64,000 bases of DNA from Candidatus Heimdallarchaeota archaeon (GCA_019057375.1 DXJF01000011.1:64001-128000), one strand, 5' to 3'; shown: positions 51,759-63,178, counted from the first letter of the stretch. The notes: generated by a model not told the origin, from the sequence alone. Made by a program: numbers and translations.

Positions 51759-54647
51759 TTAAATTTCGAGAACCATTCCTTTTTTCTTCTTGTAGACTTT
51801 AATTATAGCAGTCATTGCACCAAGTAGCACCCCTGAACTTGATACTAATGGTACTACTACGTTTGTTATAGACCTTGTATTTGAAGCCTTGGTCCCCACC
51901 AAATCAAGCATTAATACACTTCCCTTTGTAATTTGCAGATTTGTTACATAAATGTAAAGATCGTTTACTTGTAATTCATAAAAACTAGTTACATCATCCT
52001 GACCATTTGATAAAAGCTTCCACTCATATTTCGAAGTAGAATAACTTTCATTCAAATAATATAACATGGAAACATTAGAATAGCTTCTAACCTCAGAATT
52101 AATAATAAAGTGTATTGAAATCATATCATCATTCTCTTCTATCGTAGCTAATAAACTAGGACCAACTGTAGTTATTTTTAATTTGTGGCCATCTACACTG
52201 GAATCTGCTTGAATATGCCAAAAGAGTGCATCTGAATCCATATGAACAGGAATTTGTAAGGTATTTGTTTCAACATAAGCATCTAAAAGAGGCATCATAT
52301 CATCATTAATGTAATATACCCACCTATCGTGTGTAGACGGATAAGTAATATTATATGTAAGTGTAATATTCTCTGCAATTATTACATCTTCATTTCCTTT
52401 TTCAGCCGTTATAAGTAAATTCTCTAACATAATCTGAAATGTCTTTGTTACAATTGGTGTATAAGCTTTGAAAATTGAGCTGTTAATGTTGACAGTCAGG
52501 AGATCTTGAGGTAAAGAAATTACATATGTATAAAGTCCATATTCGTCTGTAACTCCTGTGTGAGCTCCATATTCATTGATTTCAATTGTGATTGGTACTA
52601 GACCAACCGGTGAATTATTGGAGGTTACATTAAAGTGTAAAAGAAAATCTGATGAAATCTCTGCATTTTCATACTCGAAATCTATATTTATTTCACTGTC
52701 ATATATCAAAATGTTAACGGTTTTTCGAATTGTTGCATGAGAAGAAGACTCAGCTTGAATCTCCAATGTATAGTTATTTTCTGTCAGATAGAAAGAAGAA
52801 ATTCTAAAAATATACTGATTCTCTATTATGAAACTAGGAAGAACTTCATTGTCTAAAATCCCATATATGATAGCATTTTCAATTTCCACTAAATGATTAA
52901 GGCTGAGGTAAGACACACTTATTTCTTTCAACGCATATTTTGGAATATTAATTTCTTGTTCAACAATTAATTCCGAAGCCTCTCTCGTTAGAGTTACAGT
53001 GGTATTTTCAAACCCTATTAGATTGTTTTCGATTATAAGAAATGTTATTTCAACACTTCCACTTGTAATCCTAGGTGGAAAGGTAAATTCTAATTCATCA
53101 TTTACTAACTCACCCATTGCACTTCCATTTTCAGCACCAATCCAGAACAATTCAATTAAATTGTTTTGAAGTGTTTCTCGAAAAATAAATGTAACATTTA
53201 GAGTTTCAAAAATAGTTAAACTTTCAATACTTGTAGCCATTATTTGGTTCGGAAGAGTGAACTGAAAATTAATATCATAGATTCCAGCTTTTCTTGCTAA
53301 TGAGAGATTCCGATATCCTCCCCCTATATCAATATCACTCAAAATATCTGCACCTTGTAGGCTTCCTGTCATTAACCAATTATTGGAATACGAAAAATTG
53401 ACTGGGTTTACAAGTAGTGAAAGATTACTGATTGAAATAGAAAGTAGAATAGATGTTTCATTCTGAAAAGAGATTTGTTTTTCATATGGTATGGATACTA
53501 CACCTGATGCCCTTACTGTGAAATTAGCACTTATACTATGATTTGAATTGTGATACCAACCTATATTATATTCATAGGGTGCTATTCCCTCAAATAAGAT
53601 GTCTGCATTAAAATTCCCTTCTCCCATGTTAGCAGAACTTATCTGTATGTCATTTAATCTTAGATTAATATCTGAGGGCGTTAATGAGGTTTCGAGTTTT
53701 AAATCATCAAATAGAATTGTACAATCGGAAACCTCAGGAGATATTACATAAATTCCAAATGATTTTAGCATTGTGGGTATCAAAGGATCCTCTTCAGAAA
53801 AGAGATCACTTATATAAAGCGTATTATCGTTCCACTGATTGTCCCAACTACTGTTTTGTAATAGCCTATATACTATGAAAGGAGATGTTGTATTATCTCC
53901 AATTGATGGTGGTTCTACATTTGTGTAGTGCCAATGAATCACCATAATACGACAAGTATCAAAAACAAAATCAAAAATTAAAGATGAATTCAACACATAC
54001 TGTAAGCTTGAGTTTGATGCTAAAAGATAATTATAAGATATCTTTGTATCCGTATTGTATAAGCTTATGTCTTTTTGATAAAGTGCATACATTATGGACT
54101 CTGAATTGTAAGAATAGAATTTCCACACATACTCCCCATCCCAGCTTCCGGAATAATGCAATCTTTCAACTTCTACTCCGGCTTTAATAGTGCCTTCTGA
54201 ATAGAATTCTTGACTATCCTCCGCCCCTGGATTATTAATGTATTGAGATTGTAAATCAGTAACATTTCCTTCTAGTGAATACTGTCCGTTGCTAGGTAAG
54301 AAAATGCTTGAGTTTTCATCTTCAAGATTCCCTTCTAAAGATTCCCCCACATAATTTCCCGTCGAGCTCATATTTGGAGTGAAACCATTTAACGCCTCCT
54401 CTATTAAATTTTCCTCACCGTTTACTGATATTTCCTCCTCTAACTCAGCTTGACTATTTTTTAGAAGTCCAGAACTATCAGTGGGTTCAATTCCTTTCTT
54501 TTCCTCTTCTTCATTTAGATTTTTCATGATTTCATTGCCATTAATATCAACAATAGATGTGGAATCATTAATATTAACTAAAGGAGATTTAAGAGATATT
54601 ATCAGATAGAATAGAAATATTACTGGAATTATTTTTTTGTGTCTCAT
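51759..54647 (-). CDS. large cell-surface (S-layer-like) protein
   Basis: Signal peptide, N/S/T-rich beta-type body, C-terminal TM plus KKKK. Confidence 0.6.
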   Translation of the reverse strand: MRHKKIIPVIFLFYLIISLKSPLVNINDSTSIVDINGNEIMKNLNEEEEKKGIEPTDSSGLLKNSQAELEEEISVNGEENLIEEALNGFTPNMSSTGNYVGESLEGNLEDENSSIFLPSNGQYSLEGNVTDLQSQYINNPGAEDSQEFYSEGTIKAGVEVERLHYSGSWDGEYVWKFYSYNSESIMYALYQKDISLYNTDTKISYNYLLASNSSLQYVLNSSLIFDFVFDTCRIMVIHWHYTNVEPPSIGDNTTSPFIVYRLLQNSSWDNQWNDNTLYISDLFSEEDPLIPTMLKSFGIYVISPEVSDCTILFDDLKLETSLTPSDINLRLNDIQISSANMGEGNFNADILFEGIAPYEYNIGWYHNSNHSISANFTVRASGVVSIPYEKQISFQNETSILLSISISNLSLLVNPVNFSYSNNWLMTGSLQGADILSDIDIGGGYRNLSLARKAGIYDINFQFTLPNQIMATSIESLTIFETLNVTFIFRETLQNNLIELFWIGAENGSAMGELVNDELEFTFPPRITSGSVEITFLIIENNLIGFENTTVTLTREASELIVEQEINIPKYALKEISVSYLSLNHLVEIENAIIYGILDNEVLPSFIIENQYIFRISSFYLTENNYTLEIQAESSSHATIRKTVNILIYDSEINIDFEYENAEISSDFLLHFNVTSNNSPVGLVPITIEINEYGAHTGVTDEYGLYTYVISLPQDLLTVNINSSIFKAYTPIVTKTFQIMLENLLITAEKGNEDVIIAENITLTYNITYPSTHDRWVYYINDDMMPLLDAYVETNTLQIPVHMDSDALFWHIQADSSVDGHKLKITTVGPSLLATIEENDDMISIHFIINSEVRSYSNVSMLYYLNESYSTSKYEWKLLSNGQDDVTSFYELQVNDLYIYVTNLQITKGSVLMLDLVGTKASNTRSITNVVVPLVSSSGVLLGAMTAIIKVYKKKKGMVLEI

Positions 54648-54962
54648 TCTATTCTTATATACTAACTATATTTTAAAAACAGCACAATTTTCAATAGGTT
54701 TGAGTAGCCTAAAACATACTCTTTTTTGTATTTGTAGATTTTATAATTCTTATATTAGTTTCATTCTAGTAAAAAAGCGTTTAAACACACAAGAACGATT
54801 TTTTACTGTGGACTGAATACTTTCAACCCTCTGCCTCTTCTTTCTTTTAAAGTCAAACAAAAATACCAAACATAGTACTGAATCGTACATGAAATAGTTC
54901 ATAGCTTTGTTTTAATCTTAACAATTTTCAATAGTTTCGGGAAGGTTATTTTTCTGAGTAAA

Positions 54963-55994
54963 ATGGAAAGCTGCTTATGTGATGAATGCGGTTCTAGAAT
55001 TATTCAAGAAAATGGTCTAAACGTGTGCCAAAAATGTGGTCTTGTACATGATTCCGTTCTTGAATCATCGTCTTTTCAACTGGGTACAATGTCCCGGGAT
55101 GGAACTCGAAGAAATCAACAATACACATCAATTAATAATAATCTAGCCGTTGTAAGTTCTTTGGGTTCTTCGATTGGTTCAGTTGAGGAATACATGTTTA
55201 GAGATGCTAATGGGTCTCTATTGGATGAAACAAATCAATATAAATTTCGAAAATTCAAAAATTATTATCATATTCCAGGAGCTATAAAAGGAAAAGAAAC
55301 GGATTTTAGAACTATTAAAATTTTAAATGAAGTGTTTTCACGACTTCAAGTTCCCACTAAGATAAGAGATCGAACACTCTTTCTTTATCATAAGTATAAA
55401 TCTGAACATAAGAAGAAAATAACAAACCATGTTCTTTTATCTGCAATGGCTTTACTTCTAAGTGTTCGTGAATGTGGTCATAATTGTCCCCTTACCTTAA
55501 AAGAGATTGTTGGAACTTATAGAGAACTAGGACATAGAGTTCTTGGTAAAAACTTACTAAGTCTCATGCAAGATTTGAATATTAAGCCCTCTATAAGTGG
55601 GATTAGGAGAAGTGAAGACTATGTTTTTAGAATTTGTTCTCTAATCTGTCGTTCTGAAGCAATAAAAGAAAGAATAGAGAAAAAATATTCAATAGATGTT
55701 TATGTTTATGAAAAAATACTTCAACTTCTTTGCTTAAAAATACTTGAAAGAATTCCTTATCCTGATCGTGGAGGAAGAAGACCTTATCCCCTTTCTGCTG
55801 CCTCAGCTTATGTGGCTGATAAACTTCTATCACGAAAGATAAAACATTCCTCTGCTTTAACCCAGAAGTTGGTTGCACAGTCTGCGAATGTTGCTGAATT
55901 CACAATTCGGGATCATGCGGAGTTCATGTTTTCCTACGATTATGAGGAGATAATTACAGAAATCAGCGAAAGATTATCATCTAGCTTCGAATAA
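54963..55994 (+). CDS. divergent TFB/TFIIB-like protein
   Basis: CDEC..CQKCG Zn ribbon; cyclin repeats (AMALLLSVRE, GRRPYPLSAASAY, QKLVAQSANVAEFTIR). Confidence 0.8.
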   Translation: MESCLCDECGSRIIQENGLNVCQKCGLVHDSVLESSSFQLGTMSRDGTRRNQQYTSINNNLAVVSSLGSSIGSVEEYMFRDANGSLLDETNQYKFRKFKNYYHIPGAIKGKETDFRTIKILNEVFSRLQVPTKIRDRTLFLYHKYKSEHKKKITNHVLLSAMALLLSVRECGHNCPLTLKEIVGTYRELGHRVLGKNLLSLMQDLNIKPSISGIRRSEDYVFRICSLICRSEAIKERIEKKYSIDVYVYEKILQLLCLKILERIPYPDRGGRRPYPLSAASAYVADKLLSRKIKHSSALTQKLVAQSANVAEFTIRDHAEFMFSYDYEEIITEISERLSSSFE

Positions 55995-56041
55995 TTTCAA
56001 AAAATATCTACAGAAATAACTAGGATATTGAAGTTTTTTTT

Positions 56042-56671
56042 CTAAATAGGGATAAGATTTAGTATGAAAAATCTGACACCCACAACTATTGCTGAATGTA
56101 ACAAAATCACAGGAATAAGCCTGAGCTTTATTCCTTCTTCATTACCCATTTTAAGTAAGTAATAATTATTTAGTAAATTTATAATAAGAAATGATACAGA
56201 TAGTATTGACCAAACAGAAAAAGAACTGGTAAATTCCCCTGTACTAATAAAACTATACAGATTTGAGAATATAGGAGAAAAACCTGCAATCATCGCAATA
56301 GTAAACATAGTTACATAACGTATAATTTTTAGTCTCCTTCTATGAATTTTCAAAGATGATTCCTTTTCTTTAAGAACCTCTTCACGCATTCTAATTAATT
56401 TGGATGTAATTTTTACTCGTTCAAGAATTTCCGTTTCATCAGCGTAGTCAACAGAGGAAAAAAGATTTCTTAAAGCAGGATAACTGAAATCAATAGAAGA
56501 AATTGTTTCTAGTAAATTTTCTCCTAATTGCAATCTAGTAAGAATTTCTTCTGGTACATTTTCAGATAGAAAGAAAGATCTTTCCAGATTTTCACCATTT
56601 TCAAGTTTCAAAGCAATATTGTTAAGAAAGTTAAAGTCTGTGCAATTTAATCTTATCATATTATTCACCAA
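56042..56671 (-). CDS. TadC/T2SSF-like membrane platform protein
   Basis: ALKLENGENLE; TM helices; in operon with ATPase. Confidence 0.55.
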   Translation of the reverse strand: MVNNMIRLNCTDFNFLNNIALKLENGENLERSFFLSENVPEEILTRLQLGENLLETISSIDFSYPALRNLFSSVDYADETEILERVKITSKLIRMREEVLKEKESSLKIHRRRLKIIRYVTMFTIAMIAGFSPIFSNLYSFISTGEFTSSFSVWSILSVSFLIINLLNNYYLLKMGNEEGIKLRLIPVILLHSAIVVGVRFFILNLIPI

Positions 56672-57464
56672 TATTCTTATTGTTCATGAAACGAAGAATT
56701 AGAGTTCCAAAGACTGCATAAAGAAGAGGGAAAATGAATATTGTAGGAGAGTTTGATGGTAACAGGAATGATAGAACCATACTTAGTACTAGTGGTAATA
56801 GACAAGAAACTGCGATAAAAATTACTATATTATCTTCTATTAGTTTGATTCCTTTTCTTACATACAATATAAATTCTGGATCAGATTCAATGAATGCATT
56901 TTCGTTTTTTATATTTTGGAATGATGTTTCATACTGTTTATTTAAGAAAATTTTTCCGCTATTATTGATTATCTCATCTTCATTTTCCCCTAGATTCAAA
57001 CTGTAAAGCATATCTTGAAAATATTTAGTATAATATTTGTCTTTGATTCCTTTAGTCAACAGAAGCTCAACAGAATGTGGAAAGGATTGAGTTGCAACCA
57101 TATTGATTGATAACGAATTAATTATTAGAAAAGCTGTTTCCTCAAATTTTTGATGACGGTTTAGTATTTTGGTGCGAATATAATCACTTAACACAAAAAG
57201 AAATGATATACTTGCTATTGAACTGATAAGTAAAGCAATTGGAACATTAATTAGAGTAACACAGTGAAAAAGCACAAACGAAATTACAAAAAACAGCAAA
57301 GATGAATTTCCAATTAACCTTATGTTCCTATAATCCTTTTCAGAAATAAAGAATTTGGAATGTTTCTCAATTTTTCCTAGTGCCAATCTATATAATATTA
57401 CCTTTGGAAAGATACTGAATTGAGTAACTTTGGAATTGGATTTAACATAATTTATTGTTTTCAT
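56661..57464 (-). CDS. TadB/T2SSF-like membrane platform protein
   Basis: TM-soluble-TM layout; SLNLGENEDE; overlaps ATPase stop. Confidence 0.6.
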   Translation of the reverse strand: MKTINYVKSNSKVTQFSIFPKVILYRLALGKIEKHSKFFISEKDYRNIRLIGNSSLLFFVISFVLFHCVTLINVPIALLISSIASISFLFVLSDYIRTKILNRHQKFEETAFLIINSLSINMVATQSFPHSVELLLTKGIKDKYYTKYFQDMLYSLNLGENEDEIINNSGKIFLNKQYETSFQNIKNENAFIESDPEFILYVRKGIKLIEDNIVIFIAVSCLLPLVLSMVLSFLLPSNSPTIFIFPLLYAVFGTLILRFMNNKNIGE

Positions 57465-58924
57465 AAATAATCTTTCTCACTTTTATTTGAGATATTATTC
57501 TCAAGCTTTAATCCCCATTTCTCTGCTTGCATACTTCTGAAAAAATGATTTCTCTCTAGAATTGAATTAATTTTACTACTTAGCCTTGATTTGTTTTTTA
57601 TTATTTGAAACATTTGATTTTCATTCATTTCTTCATCATATATCTTAGTTAAGAAACCATAATCATTTTCTTTACTAACGTTGTTAGGATTTACTTCATA
57701 GACATCAACTATCTTTCGAATGAAAGTGCTTTCTGTTATTTCCCTCCTCATTATTATGATAATATCTAAAGAAAGAAAATCTGAACGAGCAATTTTATGA
57801 AGATTCTCCCACCTTCTAAGGATTTTTTCAACTGAATCTGCATGGGCTGTCTGTATTCCTTTCAAACCAGCATTAAGAGCTTCAAACATTGCTTGAGTGT
57901 GTTCCCTAGATTGAATTTCCCCCAAATATATCCAATCTGGAGATCTGTGTAACAGTTTTAAGATTTCAGATGTTTTGGTATGGTTACTTTTGTTTGATTC
58001 AAAAGAATCTACTTGAATAGATAGATGCTTAAAACCCATTGCTGCTTGGTTGGTTGATTCTATTGCATCCTCAATTGCTATTTTTCTCCAGTGCTTAGGA
58101 GTGTATAAATCAATAGCATTTGCCAAGGTTGTTTTTCCCGCATTAGGTTCTCCTATAATAGTGATATTTTGTCTGTTGATTACAGCCTCTACTAAGTAAG
58201 ATCCTAAGGATGTAGGTAAAGTATTAAGATTGATTAAGTCTAATAATTCGAGTGGTTTTCTTTTTAGTTTTCTAATATTAAAAGTAGGTCCATTTGGTGA
58301 AAGAGGAGGAAAGTCCATTGAAATACGTGAATGAAATCTTTGTGTTTGAAATTCAATTTTCAATGATGGTTTCTTAGCTGAAATAGTAATTGGGTGTTCA
58401 AGCTTGATTCTAGTAATCAGTGCTTCTAACTCCTCCTCATCAAGGATTACTTTAGTATTACACCTTCCAAAGGTCTGATGATCTAAATACAAGGCAGATC
58501 CTTTTTGATCCATATAAATTTCATTTACATAATGATCTAATAAAGCAGGAATTAATCTGTCTAATTTAATTAATCTGTAAATAAAAAGTTCTGTAAATAC
58601 TTCTGGATCTATTTCAAGCCCATCTATTTCTAAAACCTTCCACATACACACTGATTTAATTGTATCAACTAGATCGTCGAATCTTAGAATCTCTTTTCCA
58701 AGTCTATCCTTATTCTTATTGACTAAAGCAAACAGTTCAGCAAATAATAATGGATCCGTTTGAAAGGCAAACAATGGTTTTGCTGTATAGTAGACTGTTC
58801 TGTCTTCCTCGTGAATAATAATTTTGAATCCTTGTATGGTATATTCACTGATAACCTTTTTTTCAGCGTGTTTTCCTTGTTGTACACTATTACAACTAGT
58901 CATCTCTATCAGCTTTTTTTTCAA
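57461..58924 (-). CDS. TadA/CpaF/VirB11-family pilus assembly ATPase
   Basis: GPTFNIRK, GEPNAGKTT, IEDAIE, LHRSPDWIYLGEI, TAHA. Confidence 0.9.
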   Translation of the reverse strand: MKKKLIEMTSCNSVQQGKHAEKKVISEYTIQGFKIIIHEEDRTVYYTAKPLFAFQTDPLLFAELFALVNKNKDRLGKEILRFDDLVDTIKSVCMWKVLEIDGLEIDPEVFTELFIYRLIKLDRLIPALLDHYVNEIYMDQKGSALYLDHQTFGRCNTKVILDEEELEALITRIKLEHPITISAKKPSLKIEFQTQRFHSRISMDFPPLSPNGPTFNIRKLKRKPLELLDLINLNTLPTSLGSYLVEAVINRQNITIIGEPNAGKTTLANAIDLYTPKHWRKIAIEDAIESTNQAAMGFKHLSIQVDSFESNKSNHTKTSEILKLLHRSPDWIYLGEIQSREHTQAMFEALNAGLKGIQTAHADSVEKILRRWENLHKIARSDFLSLDIIIIMRREITESTFIRKIVDVYEVNPNNVSKENDYGFLTKIYDEEMNENQMFQIIKNKSRLSSKINSILERNHFFRSMQAEKWGLKLENNISNKSEKDYL

Positions 58925-59061
58925 TGGCTATTCTAGTATTTAGTATATCAACACCACTTTTTTTCTTGATACTTCAAATCTGATTCTTAGAAATAACATT
59001 TTTACCAAACTTCTGGTAATAGATTTAAATAGAAAAAACCTTTACTTGATAGTGTGGAAAA

Positions 59062-60039
59062 ATGGTAAATAATTATGATATAATGTGGACTGAAAAATAT
59101 AGACCAAAAAATCTAAATGAACTCAAAGGTCATGAGGATATTGTTTTGCGGTTAAAAGGCTTTGTTGAAAGGGGAAATCTTCCACATCTTCTTTTTGCTG
59201 GTCCTCCTGGTACAGGTAAAACAACAGCTTTACTTGCTTTAGCTAATGATTTATTTGGGTTCAGTAATGTTTCTAGAAACCTTTTAGAGTTAAATGCATC
59301 AGATGATCGTGGAATTGATGCAATTCGTAATAAGGTCAAAGAATTTGCTAGGACTGCATCATATGGTGGTGTTCCATTCAAAATTGTTTGTTTAGATGAA
59401 GCTGACAGCCTAACATCAGCTGCACAGCATGCTTTGAGACGTACTATGGAAAGATATGTAAAAACTAGCAGATTTGCTTTAATCTGTAACTATTCAAGCA
59501 AGTTAATTGAACCTATCCAATCTAGATGTGCGATTTTTCGTTTTAGACCACTAGATGAAGCAAGCATGAAGGATTTTTTGACTCAAATATGTGATAAAGA
59601 GGGTTTAGTTTATGATGACGAGGGAATTGAAACTGTGCTCTATATTTCAGAAGGTGATTTGAGGAAAGCTATTAACATTTTACAATCAACCGTTGCTTCA
59701 GGTAAATCCGTCGAAAGAATAACCGTTCTTCAAACAGTAGGCCATGCAGACCCTGAAAAAATTCGTGAAATGCTTAAATTTGCTCTCAAAGGAGATTTTC
59801 ATAAAGCAAGAGATACTCTTCAACATTTGATTCTTGAATATGGTCTCTCTGGAACTGATGTAACTTATCAGATTTACAGAGAAATTCCATCATTAACTTT
59901 GCCAGACCTACAAAAACTAGAGTTAAATGAATACTTGGCAGAGGTTGATTTTCGAATATCAGAAGGTGCTTCAAGTAACATTCAGCTTAGTGCATTTTTA
60001 GCAAAACTAGTCAAAGAAAGTGGTTCGAAGGATTCTTAA
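59062..60039 (+). CDS. rfcS: replication factor C small subunit
   Basis: WTEKYRP, GPPGTGKTT, LELNASDDRGID, LDEADSLT, IQSRC. Confidence 0.97.
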   Translation: MVNNYDIMWTEKYRPKNLNELKGHEDIVLRLKGFVERGNLPHLLFAGPPGTGKTTALLALANDLFGFSNVSRNLLELNASDDRGIDAIRNKVKEFARTASYGGVPFKIVCLDEADSLTSAAQHALRRTMERYVKTSRFALICNYSSKLIEPIQSRCAIFRFRPLDEASMKDFLTQICDKEGLVYDDEGIETVLYISEGDLRKAINILQSTVASGKSVERITVLQTVGHADPEKIREMLKFALKGDFHKARDTLQHLILEYGLSGTDVTYQIYREIPSLTLPDLQKLELNEYLAEVDFRISEGASSNIQLSAFLAKLVKESGSKDS

Positions 60040-60060
60040 ATTCTTTCTACTTTCTCTTAC

Positions 60061-60900
60061 CTATCCCAAATCAAGAAAGAACTTGTGAGCTGAGGTAACT
60101 AGGTTTTCTCTTTGCTTCAGTTTTAGTATCTCTGTTTCAAATTTCTTTAAAATTAATTCTTTTGTTCTTTTACTAGTTAACCATTTGAGATTCTCATAAA
60201 AATGTTCAACCAATACTAACTGCTTCGGGTTAGCTGGCTCTAAATTTAATGCATTAACACTCGTTTGTGCTTGAAGAAGTTTTTCTGTATTTTGCAGTTC
60301 TTTTGATAAGGTATCAAAATTTAGGATGTAACTTGTGATTCTTCTTACTTGTTCCCATAAGAAGGAATTCGCTAAAAATTCAAGGATAATTCTATTTTCT
60401 TGCTCAATTACTGTTAACTTATCAAGTTTCCTAGTCGTTTTTCTATGATCCTTCTTGCAAAATAAACTAAAATCATGCTCTCCTCTAAACAAAGAACTAA
60501 CAGTTTTGATTTTATCAACTGTCATGGAAGAGTTCGTTTCTAAAAACTCTTTAGAGATGATATACCAGTATTTTTTCCACATACTGTATTTTGGAGAAAA
60601 ATCCATTTCAACTTCAGAATACCCCCAGCAAGCAATTGTTTTATCCTTTGGTAAAGCAGAATTTAATTCTTCTAAAATTATGTTTTTTTCACTATTAAAT
60701 GAAAAAACATTACCTATAGCATTAACATATTTGTCTGTCCTACTTGCACTTCTAAAATTGTTTTCTTCTGGTGAATCAATGTATTTTATTTCTTCTAATG
60801 CTCGGATAATAGTTCCTTCTATAGTCCTTTTTTCAAGTTGTCTCTGATAACCATAATATCCTTTACCTTCGTAGAATACACGTACAGCATATCTTTTCAT
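60061..60900 (-). CDS. truA: tRNA pseudouridine(38-40) synthase
   Basis: YYGYQRQ..TIEG; ASRTD catalytic motif; HDFSLF. Confidence 0.9.
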   Translation of the reverse strand: MKRYAVRVFYEGKGYYGYQRQLEKRTIEGTIIRALEEIKYIDSPEENNFRSASRTDKYVNAIGNVFSFNSEKNIILEELNSALPKDKTIACWGYSEVEMDFSPKYSMWKKYWYIISKEFLETNSSMTVDKIKTVSSLFRGEHDFSLFCKKDHRKTTRKLDKLTVIEQENRIILEFLANSFLWEQVRRITSYILNFDTLSKELQNTEKLLQAQTSVNALNLEPANPKQLVLVEHFYENLKWLTSKRTKELILKKFETEILKLKQRENLVTSAHKFFLDLG

Positions 60901-60988
60901 TTCTCATGAAGCTTTAATTAGTTACAATTAAAAATCTACTGTATTAAGAAGAAAAATTAAAAAGCGTAGTGATTTTCAGTATATTACG

Positions 60989-61066
60989 GCCTCGATGGTG
61001 TAGCTTGGCCAATCATTGCGGACTCTCACTCCGCAGACCCGGGTTCAAATCCCGGTCGAGGCACCA
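60989..61066 (+). tRNA. tRNA-Glu(CTC), CCA encoded
   Basis: GCCTCGA...GCGGA-CTCTCAC-TCCGC...TTCAAAT...TCGAGGC-A-CCA. Confidence 0.92.
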
Positions 61067-61074
61067 ATAATTTT

Positions 61075-61398
61075 TTAGTTCTCTCCCCATATTTTGAATA
61101 ATTGTTTCAAAGAATGAGCAAGGATGTTATTATCTTTGAATTGATATATTAAGATTCTACCAAATCTCTTTTCCTTTATCAACCCTACATCTGTTAGATA
61201 TTTTAGATGCCCTTTTACTGCAGAATGATTGAGATTTATACTTCGTGATATTGCAGAAATGTTTAATTCCCCTAATTCAGCTAATAACTTTAGAATTCTT
61301 ACCCTTCCTCTTGAGGAGAAAACATCTTCTAATGGTATTTTAAGCTGTATCTCTCTATCGTTTTCCTTTGTCATTGTTTTTCCCCTATTTTTCAGCAT
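61075..61398 (-). CDS. ArsR-like winged-helix regulator downstream of cdc6
   Basis: VFSSRGRVRILKLL..ELNISAISRSINLNHSAVKGHL. Confidence 0.8.
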   Translation of the reverse strand: MLKNRGKTMTKENDREIQLKIPLEDVFSSRGRVRILKLLAELGELNISAISRSINLNHSAVKGHLKYLTDVGLIKEKRFGRILIYQFKDNNILAHSLKQLFKIWGEN

Positions 61399-62608
61399 AT
61401 TCTACTGTTTTCTTTTGATTTTCGATTGACTTCATCAGAAAGAGTTCTATGGTTTCTACTGATATGTCTGGTATACTAATTAGTGTAGTTTTACCACGCA
61501 TTCCTTCCCCTGAGATTTTTGTACTGATTACATCTTGTTTTGATAATTCTTTCAGATATGACCAGATTTGGGTATGCCGTCTAGGTTCCTCTTCATATTC
61601 CTCACAAACTAATCTATAAGAGCTAATTGCATCATTTGTTGAAATATATGCGTTTTTTGTGTGTTTTAGTTTTCTTATAATCGCAAGCAGTATTAATTTC
61701 TGATGCAGGGTTAATGTTAAAATTACTTCTCTTCTTATTTCTGGGTGAATCAAAGCTTTTGCTTTTCTTACATGATCAGGATAAACTATAGGAGAACTCT
61801 CATCGTCAGCGCATTGGCCTGCCCCCCAAAGTATTTCTATTGCATATCTTGCATCTCCTGATTTACTTGATATATCCGCAATAAGTTCAACGGAGTCTTC
61901 GGTTATGGTACTATCATAAAAGGCTAATTCTGATCGGGATTTAATAATGTCTTTTAAATCAGTTTCAGAGTATCGATCCAAGGAAATGTGATTAGATTGA
62001 AAACTGCTTTGAGTACTCGCATCCAGTTGATGGATAAAATTCAGGTTTTTTGCTATAAAAATGTATGAAATCCATTGTTTAGCAGTCATTTCACTAATTC
62101 TAAGTAATGTGTAAAGGAAATCTGTACCTACTCTAGATATAAGATAATCAATCTCATCTAAAACTAACAAAACCTTTGGGGAATAAAAATCAAGCAATCT
62201 AATGAGAAGTGATTGTAATTCTTCAAAGGAGTAACCTCTTGGAGGAATTGCCTTATTTAGTTTTCTTGCAAGAGTGCTAATAATTAGATAAGGGCTTTTG
62301 TAAATTCTACAATTAATGTAGACAAGCAAAAAATTCTTGTTTTTATCTATATTTTCCAAAAGCTGACCAAACCGTTTTGCGAGAGTTGTTTTTCCAGATC
62401 CTGTTGGTCCAGTTATACAAATTTTTCTCAATGGTTCATCTTGTTCTTCGAAAATTGTTTTGAAGTATTTAGCTAAAGTCCTGAGTTCTTCCTCCCTGTG
62501 TGGAAGATATGGAGGGGTATATGTAACAGACAAACAACCAATGTTTTTGAATACAGTTGGTTTTTTGATTAGCGAATTAAAATATTCTTCATCTGATGAG
62601 TGCATCAT
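61385..62608 (-). CDS. cdc6: Orc1/Cdc6 replication initiator
   Basis: LPHREEEL, GPTGSGKT, YINC, VLDEID, GDARYA, winged-helix C-terminus. Confidence 0.96.
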   Translation of the reverse strand: MMHSSDEEYFNSLIKKPTVFKNIGCLSVTYTPPYLPHREEELRTLAKYFKTIFEEQDEPLRKICITGPTGSGKTTLAKRFGQLLENIDKNKNFLLVYINCRIYKSPYLIISTLARKLNKAIPPRGYSFEELQSLLIRLLDFYSPKVLLVLDEIDYLISRVGTDFLYTLLRISEMTAKQWISYIFIAKNLNFIHQLDASTQSSFQSNHISLDRYSETDLKDIIKSRSELAFYDSTITEDSVELIADISSKSGDARYAIEILWGAGQCADDESSPIVYPDHVRKAKALIHPEIRREVILTLTLHQKLILLAIIRKLKHTKNAYISTNDAISSYRLVCEEYEEEPRRHTQIWSYLKELSKQDVISTKISGEGMRGKTTLISIPDISVETIELFLMKSIENQKKTVEYAEK

Positions 62609-62880
62609 ATCGTCTCTAAGATAGTCAAGGGAATTTACTATTTATACTTAATAGAGAGACATCTCTGAAAGTGAACTCTTGTTGAAAAACGTTCTTTTTC
62701 CTATACGGGGTTTTGTTTGGTTTAAAATACAGTTTTAGAAACAAAGCCAAAATCAGAAATATCTGTAAGTGTTGAATGTAAAAAACAAACCATTCTTCGT
62801 TTCTTACTTGTCAGTCTTTTCTTTAGGGTATTTCAATAGCTTCATTCTACTATTAGAGTAACCTTTCCAAGAGTTGAAAC

Positions 62881-62952
62881 ATGATGTACGAACTAAAATA
62901 CGACCCTGATGAGGGAGATGGAGATATTATGCCTCCTGTATGGCTTCCTTAG
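62881..62952 (+). CDS. YDP/PPxWxP family peptide, copy F: MMYELKYDPDEGDGDIMPPVWLP (23 aa)
   Basis: Translated by hand; full upstream cassette. Confidence 0.85.
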   Translation: MMYELKYDPDEGDGDIMPPVWLP

Positions 62953-63178
62953 TTTAAGAAAGCTATTTTTTCTCATTTTTTACATAAAAATCAATGAGTA
63001 TTTTCCTAGTTTATCTTCATAAAATACACTATAGAGTTGTGGCTTGAAAGAAGAGATGTTGGAGTAATAGAAATCCTTGGGAGCGGTTTGGCTTTAAAGA
63101 GAGATTGGAACTCTTTTCTTCTTGGGTTTATGTATGTTCTTTCCTGTAATATTACAGTGCCTTCCAAAGAGCTGAAAT

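Noticed and set aside
62609-62880. Replication origin (ORB boxes) upstream of cdc6; TTCCAAGAGTTGAAAC resembles an ORB
   Set aside because: Lacks the TCCAxTGGA dyad and G-string, and the same motif occurs at distant peptide genes; an origin is not excluded but cannot be supported
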